DNA from: Vulcanimicrobiota bacterium
Lineage (GTDB): Bacteria > Vulcanimicrobiota > Vulcanimicrobiia > Eremiobacterales > Eremiobacteraceae
NCBI GenBank assembly: GCA_963805945.1
Contig: CAWDVP010000002.1
Coordinates: forward strand, 608,001-672,000
DNA: 64,000 nt
Reading direction: 5' to 3'
Part shown: positions 30,345-42,680 of the stretch, one piece after another
Numbering within the stretch: the stretch's first letter is position 1
Layout of the letters: each line of letters starts with the position of its first letter
Position numbers and translations under genes: made by a program
Notes under the pieces: model-generated
What the model was told of the DNA's origin: nothing
What the model saw: only the letters and a program-made list of their open reading frames with translations
Databases searched by the model: none

Positions 30345-31597
30345 GTGACCATGACCTCACCCCAGCGACCCGAACGGCTTGAGGTCGCCTGCGCCATCGC
30401 CGGCGGCGGACCCGCCGGCATGGTGCTCGGATACTTGCTGGCGCGCGCCGGCGTCGACGTCGTCGTGCTGGAGAAGCACGCCGACTTCTTCCGCGATTTC
30501 CGCGGCGACACGATCCATCCGTCGACGCTCGAGATCATGTACGAGCTCGGCGTGCTCGATGCGGTTCTTGAAGCTGCCGCATCAAGAGATCACGCAGCTC
30601 AGCGGCCAGATCGGTCCGACGCTCATCCCCATCGCGGACTTCACCCACCTCCCGACGCATTGCAAGTTCCTCGCCTTCATGCCGCAATGGGATTTCCTGG
30701 ATTTCATCGCGGCGCAAGCCAAGCGCTATCCGGCCTTTCGCGCTGCGGATGCAAGCCGACGTCACCGATCTGATCGTCGAGGACGGTCGCGTGGCCGGCG
30801 TGCGCGCGTCGATCCCCGGCGGCGAGCTCGAGGTGCGCGCGAAACTCGTCGTCGGTGCGGATGGCCGCCATTCGACCGTGCGGGCCGCGGCGGGGCTGGT
30901 CTTCGATGATTTCGGCGCGCCGATGGACGTCATGTGGTTCCGCATCTCGCGGCGGCCGGACGATCCGGGCCAGGTGTTCGGCCGGATCGACCGCGGCCGC
31001 ATGCTCATCATGATCGATCGCGGCGACTACTACCAATGCGGTTATCTGATCCGCAAAGGCGCGTTCGACGAGATACGTCAGCGCGGGCTACCCGCGTTTC
31101 ACGACGACCTCGTCTTGCTCGCGCCGTTCTTGCGCGATCGTCTCGGTGAGATCGCGGATTGGGACCACATCAGCCTGCTCACCGTGGTGGTCGACCGCCT
31201 GCGCCGCTGGTATCGGCCGGGGCTGCTGTGCATCGGCGACGCGGCGCACGCGATGTCGCCGATCGGCGGCGTCGGCATCAACCTCGCGATTCAAGACGCG
31301 GTCGCCGCCGCCAACATCCTGGCGCAGCCGCTGCGCGAGGGCCGCGACACGGACGGTTCGCTCGCAGACGTGCAGCGGCGGCGCGAGTTCCCCACGCGCG
31401 AGACGCAGCGGCTCCAGGTGATCATCCAGAACAACGTGATCCGGCGGATTCTCGGCGTCGATCGCCCGCTGACGCCGCCGTGGCCGCTGCGTTTGCTCGC
31501 GCGCTGGCCGCTCCTACGACGTATCCCCGCGCGAGTCGTCGGCGTCGGTTTCCGGCCGGAACACATCCGGACGCCGGATCTAGCAGCCGATCTTTAG
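30345..31597 (+). CDS. FAD-dependent oxidoreductase (FAD_binding_3); two indels near 30560 and 30740
   Basis: IAGGGPAG, DFRGDTIHP, MPQWDFL, VGADGRHS, IGDAAHAMSPIGGVGINLAIQDA across three frames. Confidence 0.88.
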
Positions 31598-33486
31598 ATC
31601 GGCGTGCTCGGTCTCACCTTGCGCAGCCGCCGCAGATCGCCGTCGCGCAGCGTCACCCCGATCCCGTCGAAGTGCTCCATGAGCGGGAGCGCGTAACGGC
31701 GCGAGGTGCCGAAGGCGTCGCGCATCTGCGCCATGGTCGCGCCCGCGCCGTCCTTGAGCAGCTCCGCGAGGATCGCGCGCGCGCGCTGGATCTGCGCTCG
31801 CCGGTATAGGTCGTCGCCGATGCGGGTGAGCGCTCCGGTGGCCAGCAGCGCTTCGACGGCGTCGGCGAGTCCTTCGATTCGAGCGCCCGTCACCTGCGTC
31901 ATGAGTGCGTCGTAGGAGCCCGGCAACAACGGATTCGTGGGATCATCGCGCAGCGCGCGGGCGAAGAACTCGCGCTGCGGTTGGCTCAGCGACGGCGTCG
32001 ACGCGGGCAGATGCCAGAAGCGTCCGGTCAGCGCCAGGCGGCCGTCATCGTGCCAGGCGGCGAGCAGCCGCGTCGCAAGCGCGTCAGCGATCGATAGTTC
32101 GCGCGCGATCTCTTGTGCGGTGGCGCCGAGCATCCACGGCGTCTTCGCGTGCCGCCGTTCGAGATACAGCGCCAGCCTGTCGAATGCGGCATCAAACGCG
32201 CTGCGGCTGACGTACGCGAGCGGCTTTTGCAGCGCGACGACGCTGCCCGCCGCGACGAGCGCTTCGATGTCGGAGTGCGCCTTTGCGAGCACGACGTTGA
32301 GCGCGGCGGCCACCTGCGCGGGCTGCATCGGCTCGAGCCCGGATGCGGCGATGATGCGCAAGGCGTTGTCGCCGGCCACCTCCGGGCCAGCGCCGCCCGT
32401 AGCGTCGCGAACGCCGACCGAGCCGCCGCGCGAGAGCGCGACCGCGCCGCCGAGCAGATCCTTGGGACTCATGCGCCGTACGATGAGCCGACTGCCTGGA
32501 TAGAAGACGGTGGGCCGCTGCAGCACGAGGCGAGCCTGTTGGGGTTTGGTGTCGACCGGCGGCACGCGCTCGAAGATCAAAACACCCGGGATCTCATCGG
32601 AGCCGATGTGCGCGCGCACCGGCGTGCGGCGTTTGAGCAGCCGCACAGCTTGTGGCAACGCGGTGAACTCGACGAGCAGTTCCGAGGTGGGAATGAACTC
32701 GCGCGGCGCGACGAGCGCCTCGCCACGTCGTATGGCGCCGACCTCGATGCCCGGCAGGTTGACGGCGACGCGCGCGCCGCCGCTCGCGGATCGCAGCGCG
32801 ACGCCGAAGGTCTGGATGCTGCGCACGCGCGCTTCGAGAGCGCTCGGTTGCAGCGCCAGCGTATCGCCCACGTTGATCGTGCCTTGCATCAGCGTGCCGG
32901 TGACGATGGTGCCGTGGCCCGGCAGCGCGAACACGCGATCAACCGGCAGATATGCGGGCGCGTCGGGATCGCGAGCCGGCAGCGCGGCGAGCGCATCGTG
33001 GATCGCGGACTTGAGCTCCGCGATGCCTTCACCGGTCACATTTGACACCGCGATGACCTGAGCGTCCTGCGCCACCGTGCCCGCCGCCGCATCGCGTACC
33101 AGCTGCGCGGCGAGTTCAAGTTCGTCCGCGCCGACGAGGTCGCGCTTGGTGAGCACGATGATCGCGCGCCGCACGTTGAGCAGATTGACGATGTTGAGAT
33201 GATCGAAGGTCTGTGCGCGTGGGCCTTCGGCCGCATCGACGACGAGCAGCAGCAGTTCCATGCCTGCCGCGCCCGCGAGCATGTTGTGCAGGAAGCGCTC
33301 GTGGCCAGGCACGTCGACGATGCCCGCCTCGATGCCATCGTCGAAGCGCAGCGGCGCGAAACCGAGGTCGAGCGTCATGCCGCGCTGTTGCTCTTCGATG
33401 AGGCGGTCGGGATCGTGCCCGGTCAGGGCGATGACGAGCGAGCTCTTGCCGTGATCGACGTGGCCGGCGGTTCCGATTATGTGCAT
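31594..33486 (-). CDS. selB: Selenocysteine-specific elongation factor
   Basis: IIGTAGHVDHGKSSL, RGMTLDLGF, DVPGHERF and C-terminal winged helix GTSRRYALPLMEHFD..G.T.R.GD.R. Confidence 0.96.
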   Translation of the reverse strand: MHIIGTAGHVDHGKSSLVIALTGHDPDRLIEEQQRGMTLDLGFAPLRFDDGIEAGIVDVPGHERFLHNMLAGAAGMELLLLVVDAAEGPRAQTFDHLNIVNLLNVRRAIIVLTKRDLVGADELELAAQLVRDAAAGTVAQDAQVIAVSNVTGEGIAELKSAIHDALAALPARDPDAPAYLPVDRVFALPGHGTIVTGTLMQGTINVGDTLALQPSALEARVRSIQTFGVALRSASGGARVAVNLPGIEVGAIRRGEALVAPREFIPTSELLVEFTALPQAVRLLKRRTPVRAHIGSDEIPGVLIFERVPPVDTKPQQARLVLQRPTVFYPGSRLIVRRMSPKDLLGGAVALSRGGSVGVRDATGGAGPEVAGDNALRIIAASGLEPMQPAQVAAALNVVLAKAHSDIEALVAAGSVVALQKPLAYVSRSAFDAAFDRLALYLERRHAKTPWMLGATAQEIARELSIADALATRLLAAWHDDGRLALTGRFWHLPASTPSLSQPQREFFARALRDDPTNPLLPGSYDALMTQVTGARIEGLADAVEALLATGALTRIGDDLYRRAQIQRARAILAELLKDGAGATMAQMRDAFGTSRRYALPLMEHFDGIGVTLRDGDLRRLRKVRPSTPI

Positions 33487-33502
33487 CGCGCCGGCGATCG
33501 TG

Positions 33503-34879
33503 TCAGCGCGTCGGGCCGCCGTCCGGAGGTGCGTGCTCTCCGGCGGTCGCGAGGGCGTGCCCAAGCGAGACCAATTCTCCCTCGCGGACCGTGCGCAGGT
33601 CGATGACTAAGCGTTCGCCGTCGACTTTTCCGATCACGGGCGGCTGATGCCGGCGCAGGCGCATGGCATAAGCGTCGGGCCCGCCAGCATAGGCGACCGC
33701 GACGCCGGCGGACGGGATCGCCACGTCCGGCAGCGTGCCGCCGCCGGTGGTGGAGACGGTCTTCACGGTCGTGATCTGCAGCGCCGGGTTGCGCGCGTGC
33801 ACGGTGAGCCGGAGCTGCTCGGCCCGCGCCAGCAGCGCGTCCTGGGTGAGCGCGAGCATGGCGAAGAGCGGCAGATCGGTGAGCTGCCCGTCGACGTATG
33901 CGGTGAGCGTCGCGCCCAACGCCGCCAGCGTCATCTTGTCGACGCGCAGCGCGCGCAGCAGGGGGTTGCGCCGGATCGCGGCGATGAGATCGGCGCGACC
34001 GGCGATGATGCCGCACTGCGGCCCGCCGAGCAGTTTGTCGCCGGACACCGCGACGAGGTCGAGACCCGCGGCGATCTCTTCCGCCAGCGTCGGCTCGTGC
34101 GGCAGGCCGAACGCGTGCAGCTCCACGAGCGCGCCGATGCCGAGGTCCTCGAACGAGATCACCTCGAGCTCGCGCGCCAACGCGGCGAGCGTCGCCGCGG
34201 AGACGCCGGCGGTGAAACCGCTGACGCGATAGTTGCTCGGATGCGTGCGCATGAACATCGCGGTGCTCGGGTTCCACGCATCGCGATAGTCGCGGACGTA
34301 GGTCTTGTTCGTCGTGCCGATCTCTACGAGGGTGGCGCCGCTCTTGCCGAGCACGTCGGGCAGACGGAATCCGCCGCCGATCTCGATGAGTTCGCCGCGG
34401 CTCACCACGACCTCGCGGCCGCGCGCGAAGGTGTCGAGCACGAGCAGCACCGCCGCCGCGCAGTTGTTGACGACGAGCGCCGCTTGCGCGCCGGACACCT
34501 CGCGCAACAGCGAGGCGACGCGGTCGTAGCGCGTGCCGCGCTCGCCGCTGCCGACCTCGTATTCCAGATTGGTGTAGCCTGCGCTCAAGGTCCGCACCGC
34601 ATCGAGTGAGGCGTCGGAGAGCGGCGCGCGGCCGAAGTTGGTGTGGAGCAGCACGCCCGTGCCGTTGATGACGTGGATGAGGCTTTCGGTGTGGGCGGCG
34701 CCGAGCCGCTCCAGCACGCGTTCGCGCAGCGCGTCGAAGCCGACCTCGATCGTGCCGCTGCGCGCTTCCTCGAGCACCGCCTGCACGTGCGAGCGCACGC
34801 CGCTGCGGCCGATGATCGAACCGTAGGTGGCGATCGCCGGGTCGGTGGTGAGGCGATGGACGGCGGGGATGTCTCTCAT
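33503..34879 (-). CDS. selA: L-seryl-tRNA(Sec) selenium transferase
   Basis: VINGTGVLLHTNFGRAPL, VNNCAAA, SRGELIEIGGGFR, HPSNY, SGDKLLGGPQ.G, RALRVDK. Confidence 0.96.
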   Translation of the reverse strand: MRDIPAVHRLTTDPAIATYGSIIGRSGVRSHVQAVLEEARSGTIEVGFDALRERVLERLGAAHTESLIHVINGTGVLLHTNFGRAPLSDASLDAVRTLSAGYTNLEYEVGSGERGTRYDRVASLLREVSGAQAALVVNNCAAAVLLVLDTFARGREVVVSRGELIEIGGGFRLPDVLGKSGATLVEIGTTNKTYVRDYRDAWNPSTAMFMRTHPSNYRVSGFTAGVSAATLAALARELEVISFEDLGIGALVELHAFGLPHEPTLAEEIAAGLDLVAVSGDKLLGGPQCGIIAGRADLIAAIRRNPLLRALRVDKMTLAALGATLTAYVDGQLTDLPLFAMLALTQDALLARAEQLRLTVHARNPALQITTVKTVSTTGGGTLPDVAIPSAGVAVAYAGGPDAYAMRLRRHQPPVIGKVDGERLVIDLRTVREGELVSLGHALATAGEHAPPDGGPTR

Positions 34880-34890
34880 TGAACAACCCT

Positions 34891-34943
34891 TGGAGCGGTC
34901 GAATTCATTCGACCGCCTCGGTCGAGTAAACTCGACCGCTCCA
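34891..34943. repeat. Inverted REP doublet, family 1
   Basis: TGGAGCGGTCGAATTCATTCGACCG (34891-34915) plus CGGTCGAGTAAACTCGACCGCTCCA (34919-34943). Confidence 0.88.
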
Positions 34944-34952
34944 TTTCAGGTT

Positions 34953-35285
34953 CTAGGCTGCGGCGAGGTGTTTCTCGACCATCGTCGAGAGATGCTTCTC
35001 CGGCACGTAGCCGACGATGCGGTCCACCGGCGCGCCGCCCTTGAACAGGATGAGGCACGGGATGCCGGACACATCGTATTGCGCCGCGAGGTTCGGATTC
35101 TCGTCGGTGTCGAGCTTGACGACCTTGAGGCGCCCTTTGTAGGCGTCCGCGATCTTGTCGACGATCGGCGCGATCATCTTGCACGGGCCGCACCAGTCGG
35201 CCCAGAAGTCCACGAGCACGGGCTCGTTCGACTTGAGCACTTCGGTGTCGAAATTGGTCTGATTGACGGCTGTTGCCTGGCTCAA
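34953..35285 (-). CDS. trxA: Thioredoxin
   Basis: VLVDFWADWCGPCKMIAP. Confidence 0.96.
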   Translation of the reverse strand: MSQATAVNQTNFDTEVLKSNEPVLVDFWADWCGPCKMIAPIVDKIADAYKGRLKVVKLDTDENPNLAAQYDVSGIPCLILFKGGAPVDRIVGYVPEKHLSTMVEKHLAAA

Positions 35286-35330
35286 AGTGGTTTGCTTGCT
35301 CCTTCGAAAACGGGTGCCTTAGACGTGCGG

Positions 35331-37862
<2,532 letters not shown>

Positions 37863-37994
37863 GGTTAAAGGTCGCCTTTTCTAGGTCAAACGGGTAACGT
37901 GACTCAGTTCGATTTGCGGTCGCGGCGCTCCCGCTTTTTAGGCCCTATGGTGGCCCAAAGGTCGCGCTTGCATGTCCGAGAAATGGGCCCGCGG

Positions 37995-38453
37995 ATGTCT
38001 GAACTGTCTCTATCACTCCCCGACGCGGCCGCGACCAGAGCCCTGGGCAGGGCGATCGCCACGGCATGCCCGCGCGGCACGGTCATCTTGCTACGCGGTC
38101 CGCTCGGCGCCGGCAAGACCACCTTCGTGCAGGGATTCGTCGAAGCGCTCGGCACGGGCCCCGCGGCCAGTCCGACATTTGTGCTTGCGCACGACTATTC
38201 GTCCGCCACCCTGCCGTTATGGCACCTCGATCTCTACCGGCTTGAAGATCCGCGCGAAATCGAGCAACTCGACCTCGCGCAGTACATGCCGTCCGACGGC
38301 ATTACGCTCGTGGAATGGCCGGAACGTGCGCCGCATGCGTGGCCCGATGACCGCATCGAGGTGGATCTCACCATCAGCGGTGAGTCGCGCACGGCGCGAG
38401 TGCGTGGTCACGGCGGCGCCGAGGCCGCGCTGCAGACCGCGCAGCCGCGATGA
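37995..38453 (+). CDS. tsaE: t6A biosynthesis ATPase TsaE
   Basis: LRGPLGAGKTTF, SPTF, HLDLYRL, VEWPE. Confidence 0.95.
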   Translation: MSELSLSLPDAAATRALGRAIATACPRGTVILLRGPLGAGKTTFVQGFVEALGTGPAASPTFVLAHDYSSATLPLWHLDLYRLEDPREIEQLDLAQYMPSDGITLVEWPERAPHAWPDDRIEVDLTISGESRTARVRGHGGAEAALQTAQPR

Positions 38454-39130
38454 TCGTGTTGGGCATCCTCACGTCGGGGCCGGTCGGCGCCGCCATCGTC
38501 GGCGGGCCGCGCGAAGCGGCCATCGCCGGCACCGGGCAAGCGCTCAGTTCGCTGCTCGACTGCGTCACCGGCGCGCTGGCGCAGACCGAGCTGTCGCTCT
38601 CCGAGGTGCAGGGCGTCGCCGTCTGCACGGGACCCGGTTCTTTCACCGGACTGCGCATCGGCGTCGCGTTCGCCGCCGCGCTCGCGCAAGCGCGCGACCT
38701 GCCATGCATCGGCGTCTCGACGTACGATGTTGCGGAGGCCGGCAGCCGCGCGCTCTACCCGCATGCCGCGATCGTCGCCGGCAAGCGTGGCTACTACTAC
38801 GCGCGTCTGCGCGCCGCGGCGGATGCAGAACCGCAGTTCGCTCGCGGCGATGCGGCGGAGATCGCGGTCGCCGTCGAGGCGATGGCGCGCGAAGCCGGGC
38901 GGCCGGTGGCGATGCACGGTGAAGGTGCGGTGGTCAATGCGCCGCGCGCGGGGATCATCGCGGGCGGCTCGATGGCGCGCGGCCCGGCGGAACTCGCGCG
39001 CGCGGTCGCGCTCGCGGGCGCCGCGGCGCTCGCTTCGGGCGCGCCGGCGGACTGGCGTCGCGTCGCCATAGATTATGGCCAGCGTCCGAACGCCGAGATC
39101 AATTGGGAGACCCGCCGGGCCAGGCCGTGA
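38450..39130 (+). CDS. tsaB: t6A biosynthesis protein TsaB
   Basis: GPGSFTGLRIG motif, between tsaE and rimI. Confidence 0.9.
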   Translation: MIVLGILTSGPVGAAIVGGPREAAIAGTGQALSSLLDCVTGALAQTELSLSEVQGVAVCTGPGSFTGLRIGVAFAAALAQARDLPCIGVSTYDVAEAGSRALYPHAAIVAGKRGYYYARLRAAADAEPQFARGDAAEIAVAVEAMAREAGRPVAMHGEGAVVNAPRAGIIAGGSMARGPAELARAVALAGAAALASGAPADWRRVAIDYGQRPNAEINWETRRARP

Positions 39131-39183
39131 AAGGTCTTTGTCAGAGGGGGCCGTCGTTTTGCGAGGGCGAATCTATCGTCCGA

Positions 39184-39696
39184 ATGAAGGCGCTGTCACG
39201 GACTTTGGACATCTCGCCGATGCGCATGGAGGATCTCAACGACGTCCTGCGCGTCGAGGCGCTGTGCTTCACCACGACCTGGCCGCGCAACGCCTTTGCC
39301 AACGAGCTGACGGACAACAAACTGGCCCACTACTTCGTCGGCCGCAACGATGACGCAATCGTCGCCTACGGCGGCCTGTGGGTCATCTTGGAAGACGCGC
39401 ACATAACCACGGTCGCCGTCGATCCGGCCTATCAGGGCGCGGGCTACGGCGAGCGGATGCTCGCGCAGCTGCTCGACGAGGCGATCGAGCGTGGCACGTC
39501 GTGGATAACGCTCGAAGTGCGCGAGTCGAACACCGTCGCGCAGAACCTCTATAAGAAGTACGGCTTCACCGTCGTGAACACGCGCCGCGCATACTATTCG
39601 GACAACGACGAGAACGCGCTCGTCATGTGGGCCGGCAACCTCAAGGGGACGATCTATCGCAACCGTCTGGCCTTGCTGAAAGAGAGCACGCGCTGA
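39184..39696 (+). CDS. rimI: Ribosomal protein S18 alanine N-acetyltransferase
   Basis: AHITTVAV.P.YQG.G.G, TLEVRESN..AQNLYKKYGF, R.YYSDN.ENALVM. Confidence 0.93.
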   Translation: MKALSRTLDISPMRMEDLNDVLRVEALCFTTTWPRNAFANELTDNKLAHYFVGRNDDAIVAYGGLWVILEDAHITTVAVDPAYQGAGYGERMLAQLLDEAIERGTSWITLEVRESNTVAQNLYKKYGFTVVNTRRAYYSDNDENALVMWAGNLKGTIYRNRLALLKESTR

Positions 39697-40316
39697 CGGT
39701 TCCCGCCGATGTCGATGCACGCACTGACGCCGGCGCCGGCGCGCAGTTCGTGTCGTTGTGCGCCGCGGTGCGCGGCCGGCTCGCGCCGCAGCGCTACCGG
39801 CACGTGCTCGGCGTCGCGCGCATGGCGGAGAAGCTCGCGCGCCGCCACGGCGTCTCAACGCTCAAGGCGCGCACCGCCGGCGTGCTCCACGACGTCGCGC
39901 GGCAATGGAATCCCGACGAATTGCTGGCCTATGCCGCGGTGCACGGTCTGGCGATCGACGAGACCGAGCGCGCGGCGCCGATCCTGCTCCACGCGCGCGT
40001 CGGCGCGGACGTCGCGAGGCGCGAGTTCGGCGTCGACGATCGCGACACGCTCGCCGCGATCGAGACGCACACGGTCGCCGTCCCCGGCATGTCCGATCTG
40101 CAGAAGATCGTGTTCATCGCCGATTCGTGCGAGCCGTCGCGCCGTTTCGAGGGACGCGCGGCGCTCGAAGCGGCCGCGCTCGTCTCCCTGGACGAGGGCA
40201 TGCGCGCATGCCTGAGCTCATCTTTTGGGTACCTACAGGCGAGAGGCATTCCCATCGCCCCGCACTCTTTGGAGGTCTACGATCAATTGATAGGACACGA
40301 TGAAAAAGCGATCTAA
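39693..40316 (+). CDS. yqeK: HD-domain Ap4A hydrolase YqeK (start uncertain)
   Basis: RYRHVLGV, AGVLHDVAR, LLHARVGA, HT, IVFIADSCEP.R, directly upstream of rsfS. Confidence 0.88.
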   Translation: MTVPADVDARTDAGAGAQFVSLCAAVRGRLAPQRYRHVLGVARMAEKLARRHGVSTLKARTAGVLHDVARQWNPDELLAYAAVHGLAIDETERAAPILLHARVGADVARREFGVDDRDTLAAIETHTVAVPGMSDLQKIVFIADSCEPSRRFEGRAALEAAALVSLDEGMRACLSSSFGYLQARGIPIAPHSLEVYDQLIGHDEKAI

Positions 40317-40833
40317 GCCTGCGTCGGCTCGCCGCGCCGCACCCAAGCGCGCGAAGCCGCGCGCTCATGTCCCGCCGTCGGCGCGCCCGAAACGTGCGCC
40401 CAGCGTCGCCGCGCGCCGCGAGTCGCTCGCGCCGCGCAACAACGGCATCGCGAGCACGCGCGACACGATCGGTCTGCTCAGCGACGAAGACGCCCAGCTG
40501 CTCGCCCGCCGCTGCCGCGAAGCCGCGCTCGCGAAGAAGGCCGAGAACGTCGTGATGCTCGACATCCGCAAGCGTTCGAACTTCTGCGACTACTTCGTGG
40601 TGGCGACCGGCCGTTCGCTCATCCAGGCCCGTGCGGTCGCCGACGCGGTCGTCGAGGCGTGCGAGGACGAGTTCGGCTCGCCGGTCCGCACCGAGGGCTA
40701 CGACGAGGGCGGCTGGATCCTGGTGGACTACGGCCCGGTCATCGTACACGTGTTTCTGCCGCAGACGCGCGAGTTCTACAATCTCGAGCGCTTGTGGGGC
40801 AAGCCGCCCGCTGTCGCGAAGAGGGCGACATGA
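40300..40833 (+). CDS. rsfS: Ribosome silencing factor with basic N-terminal extension
   Basis: KKAENVVMLD, DYFVVATG, WILVDYGPVIVHVF..TREFYNLERLW. Confidence 0.93.
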   Translation: MKKRSKPASARRAAPKRAKPRAHVPPSARPKRAPSVAARRESLAPRNNGIASTRDTIGLLSDEDAQLLARRCREAALAKKAENVVMLDIRKRSNFCDYFVVATGRSLIQARAVADAVVEACEDEFGSPVRTEGYDEGGWILVDYGPVIVHVFLPQTREFYNLERLWGKPPAVAKRAT

Positions 40834-40961
40834 TCTTCGGCAAGATGAAGAAACGCACGCGCGAGAAGGTGTACCGCATCTTCACGGCCGCCTTTCTTGT
40901 CCTCTTCGTGCTCTCCGTGGCCGCCGCGCTGCTCATCACCGGGTTGCAGACGCCTAAGTAG
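40830..40961 (+). CDS. Small single-TM protein (43 aa, DUF4044-like)
   Basis: ATGA overlap with the rsfS stop. MIFGKMKKRTREKVYRIFTAAFLVLFVLSVAAALLITGLQTPK. Confidence 0.6.
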   Translation: MIFGKMKKRTREKVYRIFTAAFLVLFVLSVAAALLITGLQTPK

Positions 40962-40973
40962 GCGAGGTCCACT

Positions 40974-41591
40974 GTGATGCCCACGCGTTCGCTCACCTCA
41001 GCCGCGGCGATGTTCGCGGTGGTCGCCTGCGTCTGCGCGACGGCTAGCGCCGCCGGCGATCATGTCTTCGACGGCGCGCACCTGCTCAAGCCCGAGACGA
41101 TCGCCGGCGTGAACACGCGCGTGGATCGGCTACAGGCGCAGACGGGCCAGACGATCACGGTCGTCACGGTGGACACGACCGGCAGCATGCCCGTGCAAGA
41201 CGCCGCAGCCAAGGAGGCGCAGGCGCGACATCTCAACGGCGCGATCGTCTATATCGCGCGGAAGGACCGGCAGCTTTCGATCGCTTACGGCGCGCGCACG
41301 AGCGAGATGTTCCCCGAAGCCATCCGAACATCGATCAAGCAGGCGATGCGCGCCTCGATCCGTGCCGGTGAGTACGACGCCGGCGTCACCACCGGGGTGA
41401 ACGCGATTTCGGACATCATCGCGCAAGGCCAATCCGGCGGGCACGGCGCGCCGCTCACGCAGCCCATCCAAAAGGCGCTGGTCCCGGCGCAAAGCGGTTC
41501 CGACTGGGGCTGGCTGTGGTGGGCGATTCTCCTCGTGGTCGGCTTCGTGCTCGTCCGCATGCTTTTCAGACCACGAGCGGCTGGTAGATGA
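40974..41591 (+). CDS. TPM domain protein
   Basis: Signal peptide, VFDGAHLL, TGQTITVVTV, GEYDAGVTTGV and a C-terminal TM helix. Confidence 0.85.
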   Translation: MMPTRSLTSAAAMFAVVACVCATASAAGDHVFDGAHLLKPETIAGVNTRVDRLQAQTGQTITVVTVDTTGSMPVQDAAAKEAQARHLNGAIVYIARKDRQLSIAYGARTSEMFPEAIRTSIKQAMRASIRAGEYDAGVTTGVNAISDIIAQGQSGGHGAPLTQPIQKALVPAQSGSDWGWLWWAILLVVGFVLVRMLFRPRAAGR

Positions 41592-41716
41592 CGGAGTACG
41601 CCATCACCGCGATCGCGGTCCTCGCGTTTATCGCGGTCGCGAGCGCGATCGCGATGGTGATCATCGGCAGCGTGCGGCATGAACAGGACGACGAGCGGGT
41701 CGAGCATGATCCGTAA
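41588..41716 (+). CDS. Small membrane protein (42 aa)
   Basis: ATGA overlap with the TPM stop. MTEYAITAIAVLAFIAVASAIAMVIIGSVRHEQDDERVEHDP. Confidence 0.5.
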   Translation: MTEYAITAIAVLAFIAVASAIAMVIIGSVRHEQDDERVEHDP

Positions 41717-41858
41717 GCTCGGCCCGGGCAAGTATCGGCTGTATTCGCGCAAGATCGACCCACGGACCGGCAAGCGCAGGAACCTTGGCACGTTCGGGAC
41801 TCGCGCGGCCGCCGAAAAGCACGAGCGCGCCGTGCAATTCTTCAAGCGCAAGGGCTAG
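41706..41858 (+). CDS. Small basic conserved hypothetical protein (50 aa)
   Basis: MIRKLGPGKYRLYSRKIDPRTGKRRNLGTFGTRAAAEKHERAVQFFKRKG. Below the ORF-track cutoff; resembles a recurrent uncharacterised family (from memory). Confidence 0.75.
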   Translation: MIRKLGPGKYRLYSRKIDPRTGKRRNLGTFGTRAAAEKHERAVQFFKRKG

Positions 41859-41879
41859 AGGTCGTTGGCGCGCCTGCTG

Positions 41880-41913
41880 TTATATTGACAAATGTCAATA
41901 TAAGCAGTAGGAT
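41880..41913 (+). promoter_or_regulatory. ars promoter with ArsR/SmtB-type operator
   Basis: 11-2-11 inverted repeat TTATATTGACA-AA-TGTCAATATAA (41880-41903) overlapping TTGACA-17 bp-TAGGAT. Confidence 0.85.
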
Positions 41914-41919
41914 TGGCCC

Positions 41920-42252
41920 ATGCCGATACCTCGCTGCTGCCCGCCGGCGACCATCGTCCGCGCGGATTATACCGAAGAAGCCGAGCTGCTCAAGGCCGCC
42001 GCAGATCCGCATCGATTGCTGATCATGGCGACTCTCGCGCGCAACGACGACGCCGTCTGTGCATGTGACTTCATCGATGCGCTCGGGCTCAACCAAGCGA
42101 CGGTATCGCATCACTTGAAGATCTTGCGCGACGCCAAGCTCGTGCGCGCCGAGCGCCGCGGCACATGGGTGCACTACACGCTCGCGCCGCGCGCGCGCCG
42201 GCGGCTCGTCGACGTGCTTGACGCGCTGCAGCCGAAAAGGATCGCCGCATGA
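41920..42252 (+). CDS. arsR: ArsR/SmtB metalloregulator
   Basis: LKAAADPHRL.I, VCACD, QATVSHHLKILR.A.LV...RRGTWVHY and an N-terminal CC. Confidence 0.92.
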   Translation: MPIPRCCPPATIVRADYTEEAELLKAAADPHRLLIMATLARNDDAVCACDFIDALGLNQATVSHHLKILRDAKLVRAERRGTWVHYTLAPRARRRLVDVLDALQPKRIAA

Positions 42253-42680
42253 AGACCCATCTCAATCTCGCCACGCGCGATCTCGACGCGAGCGTCGCCT
42301 TCTATCGCACGCTCTTGGACGCCGCGCCCGCCAAACACCATGCCGACTATGCGCTGTTCCTGACGGAGGCTCCCGGACTGGAACTTGCGCTCTCGCTGAA
42401 TGCCGGAGCGAGCGCGGGATCAGATGTGCACTACGGCATCGCGGTCGATGCGCCCGCCGCCGTGGATGCCGCAATCGAGCGTCTACGGAACGCCGGCCTT
42501 GCGGTTGACATCGAAACCGACGAGACGTGCTGCTACGCGACGCAAGACAAAGTCTGGGCGACGGATCCGGACGGCCGCAGATGGGAGACGTATTACGTCA
42601 TCGCGGAGAGCGAGCAGCGCGACGGCGACAATGCGACCTGCTGCCGCGAAGCCGGCGCCGAAGCCGCGGCGTGCTGCTGA
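42249..42680 (+). CDS. arsI: ArsI/CadI family VOC metalloenzyme
   Basis: HLNL...DL.ASVAFY, HYGI.V, TCCYA.QDKVWATDPDG..WE. Confidence 0.88.
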   Translation: MKTHLNLATRDLDASVAFYRTLLDAAPAKHHADYALFLTEAPGLELALSLNAGASAGSDVHYGIAVDAPAAVDAAIERLRNAGLAVDIETDETCCYATQDKVWATDPDGRRWETYYVIAESEQRDGDNATCCREAGAEAAACC

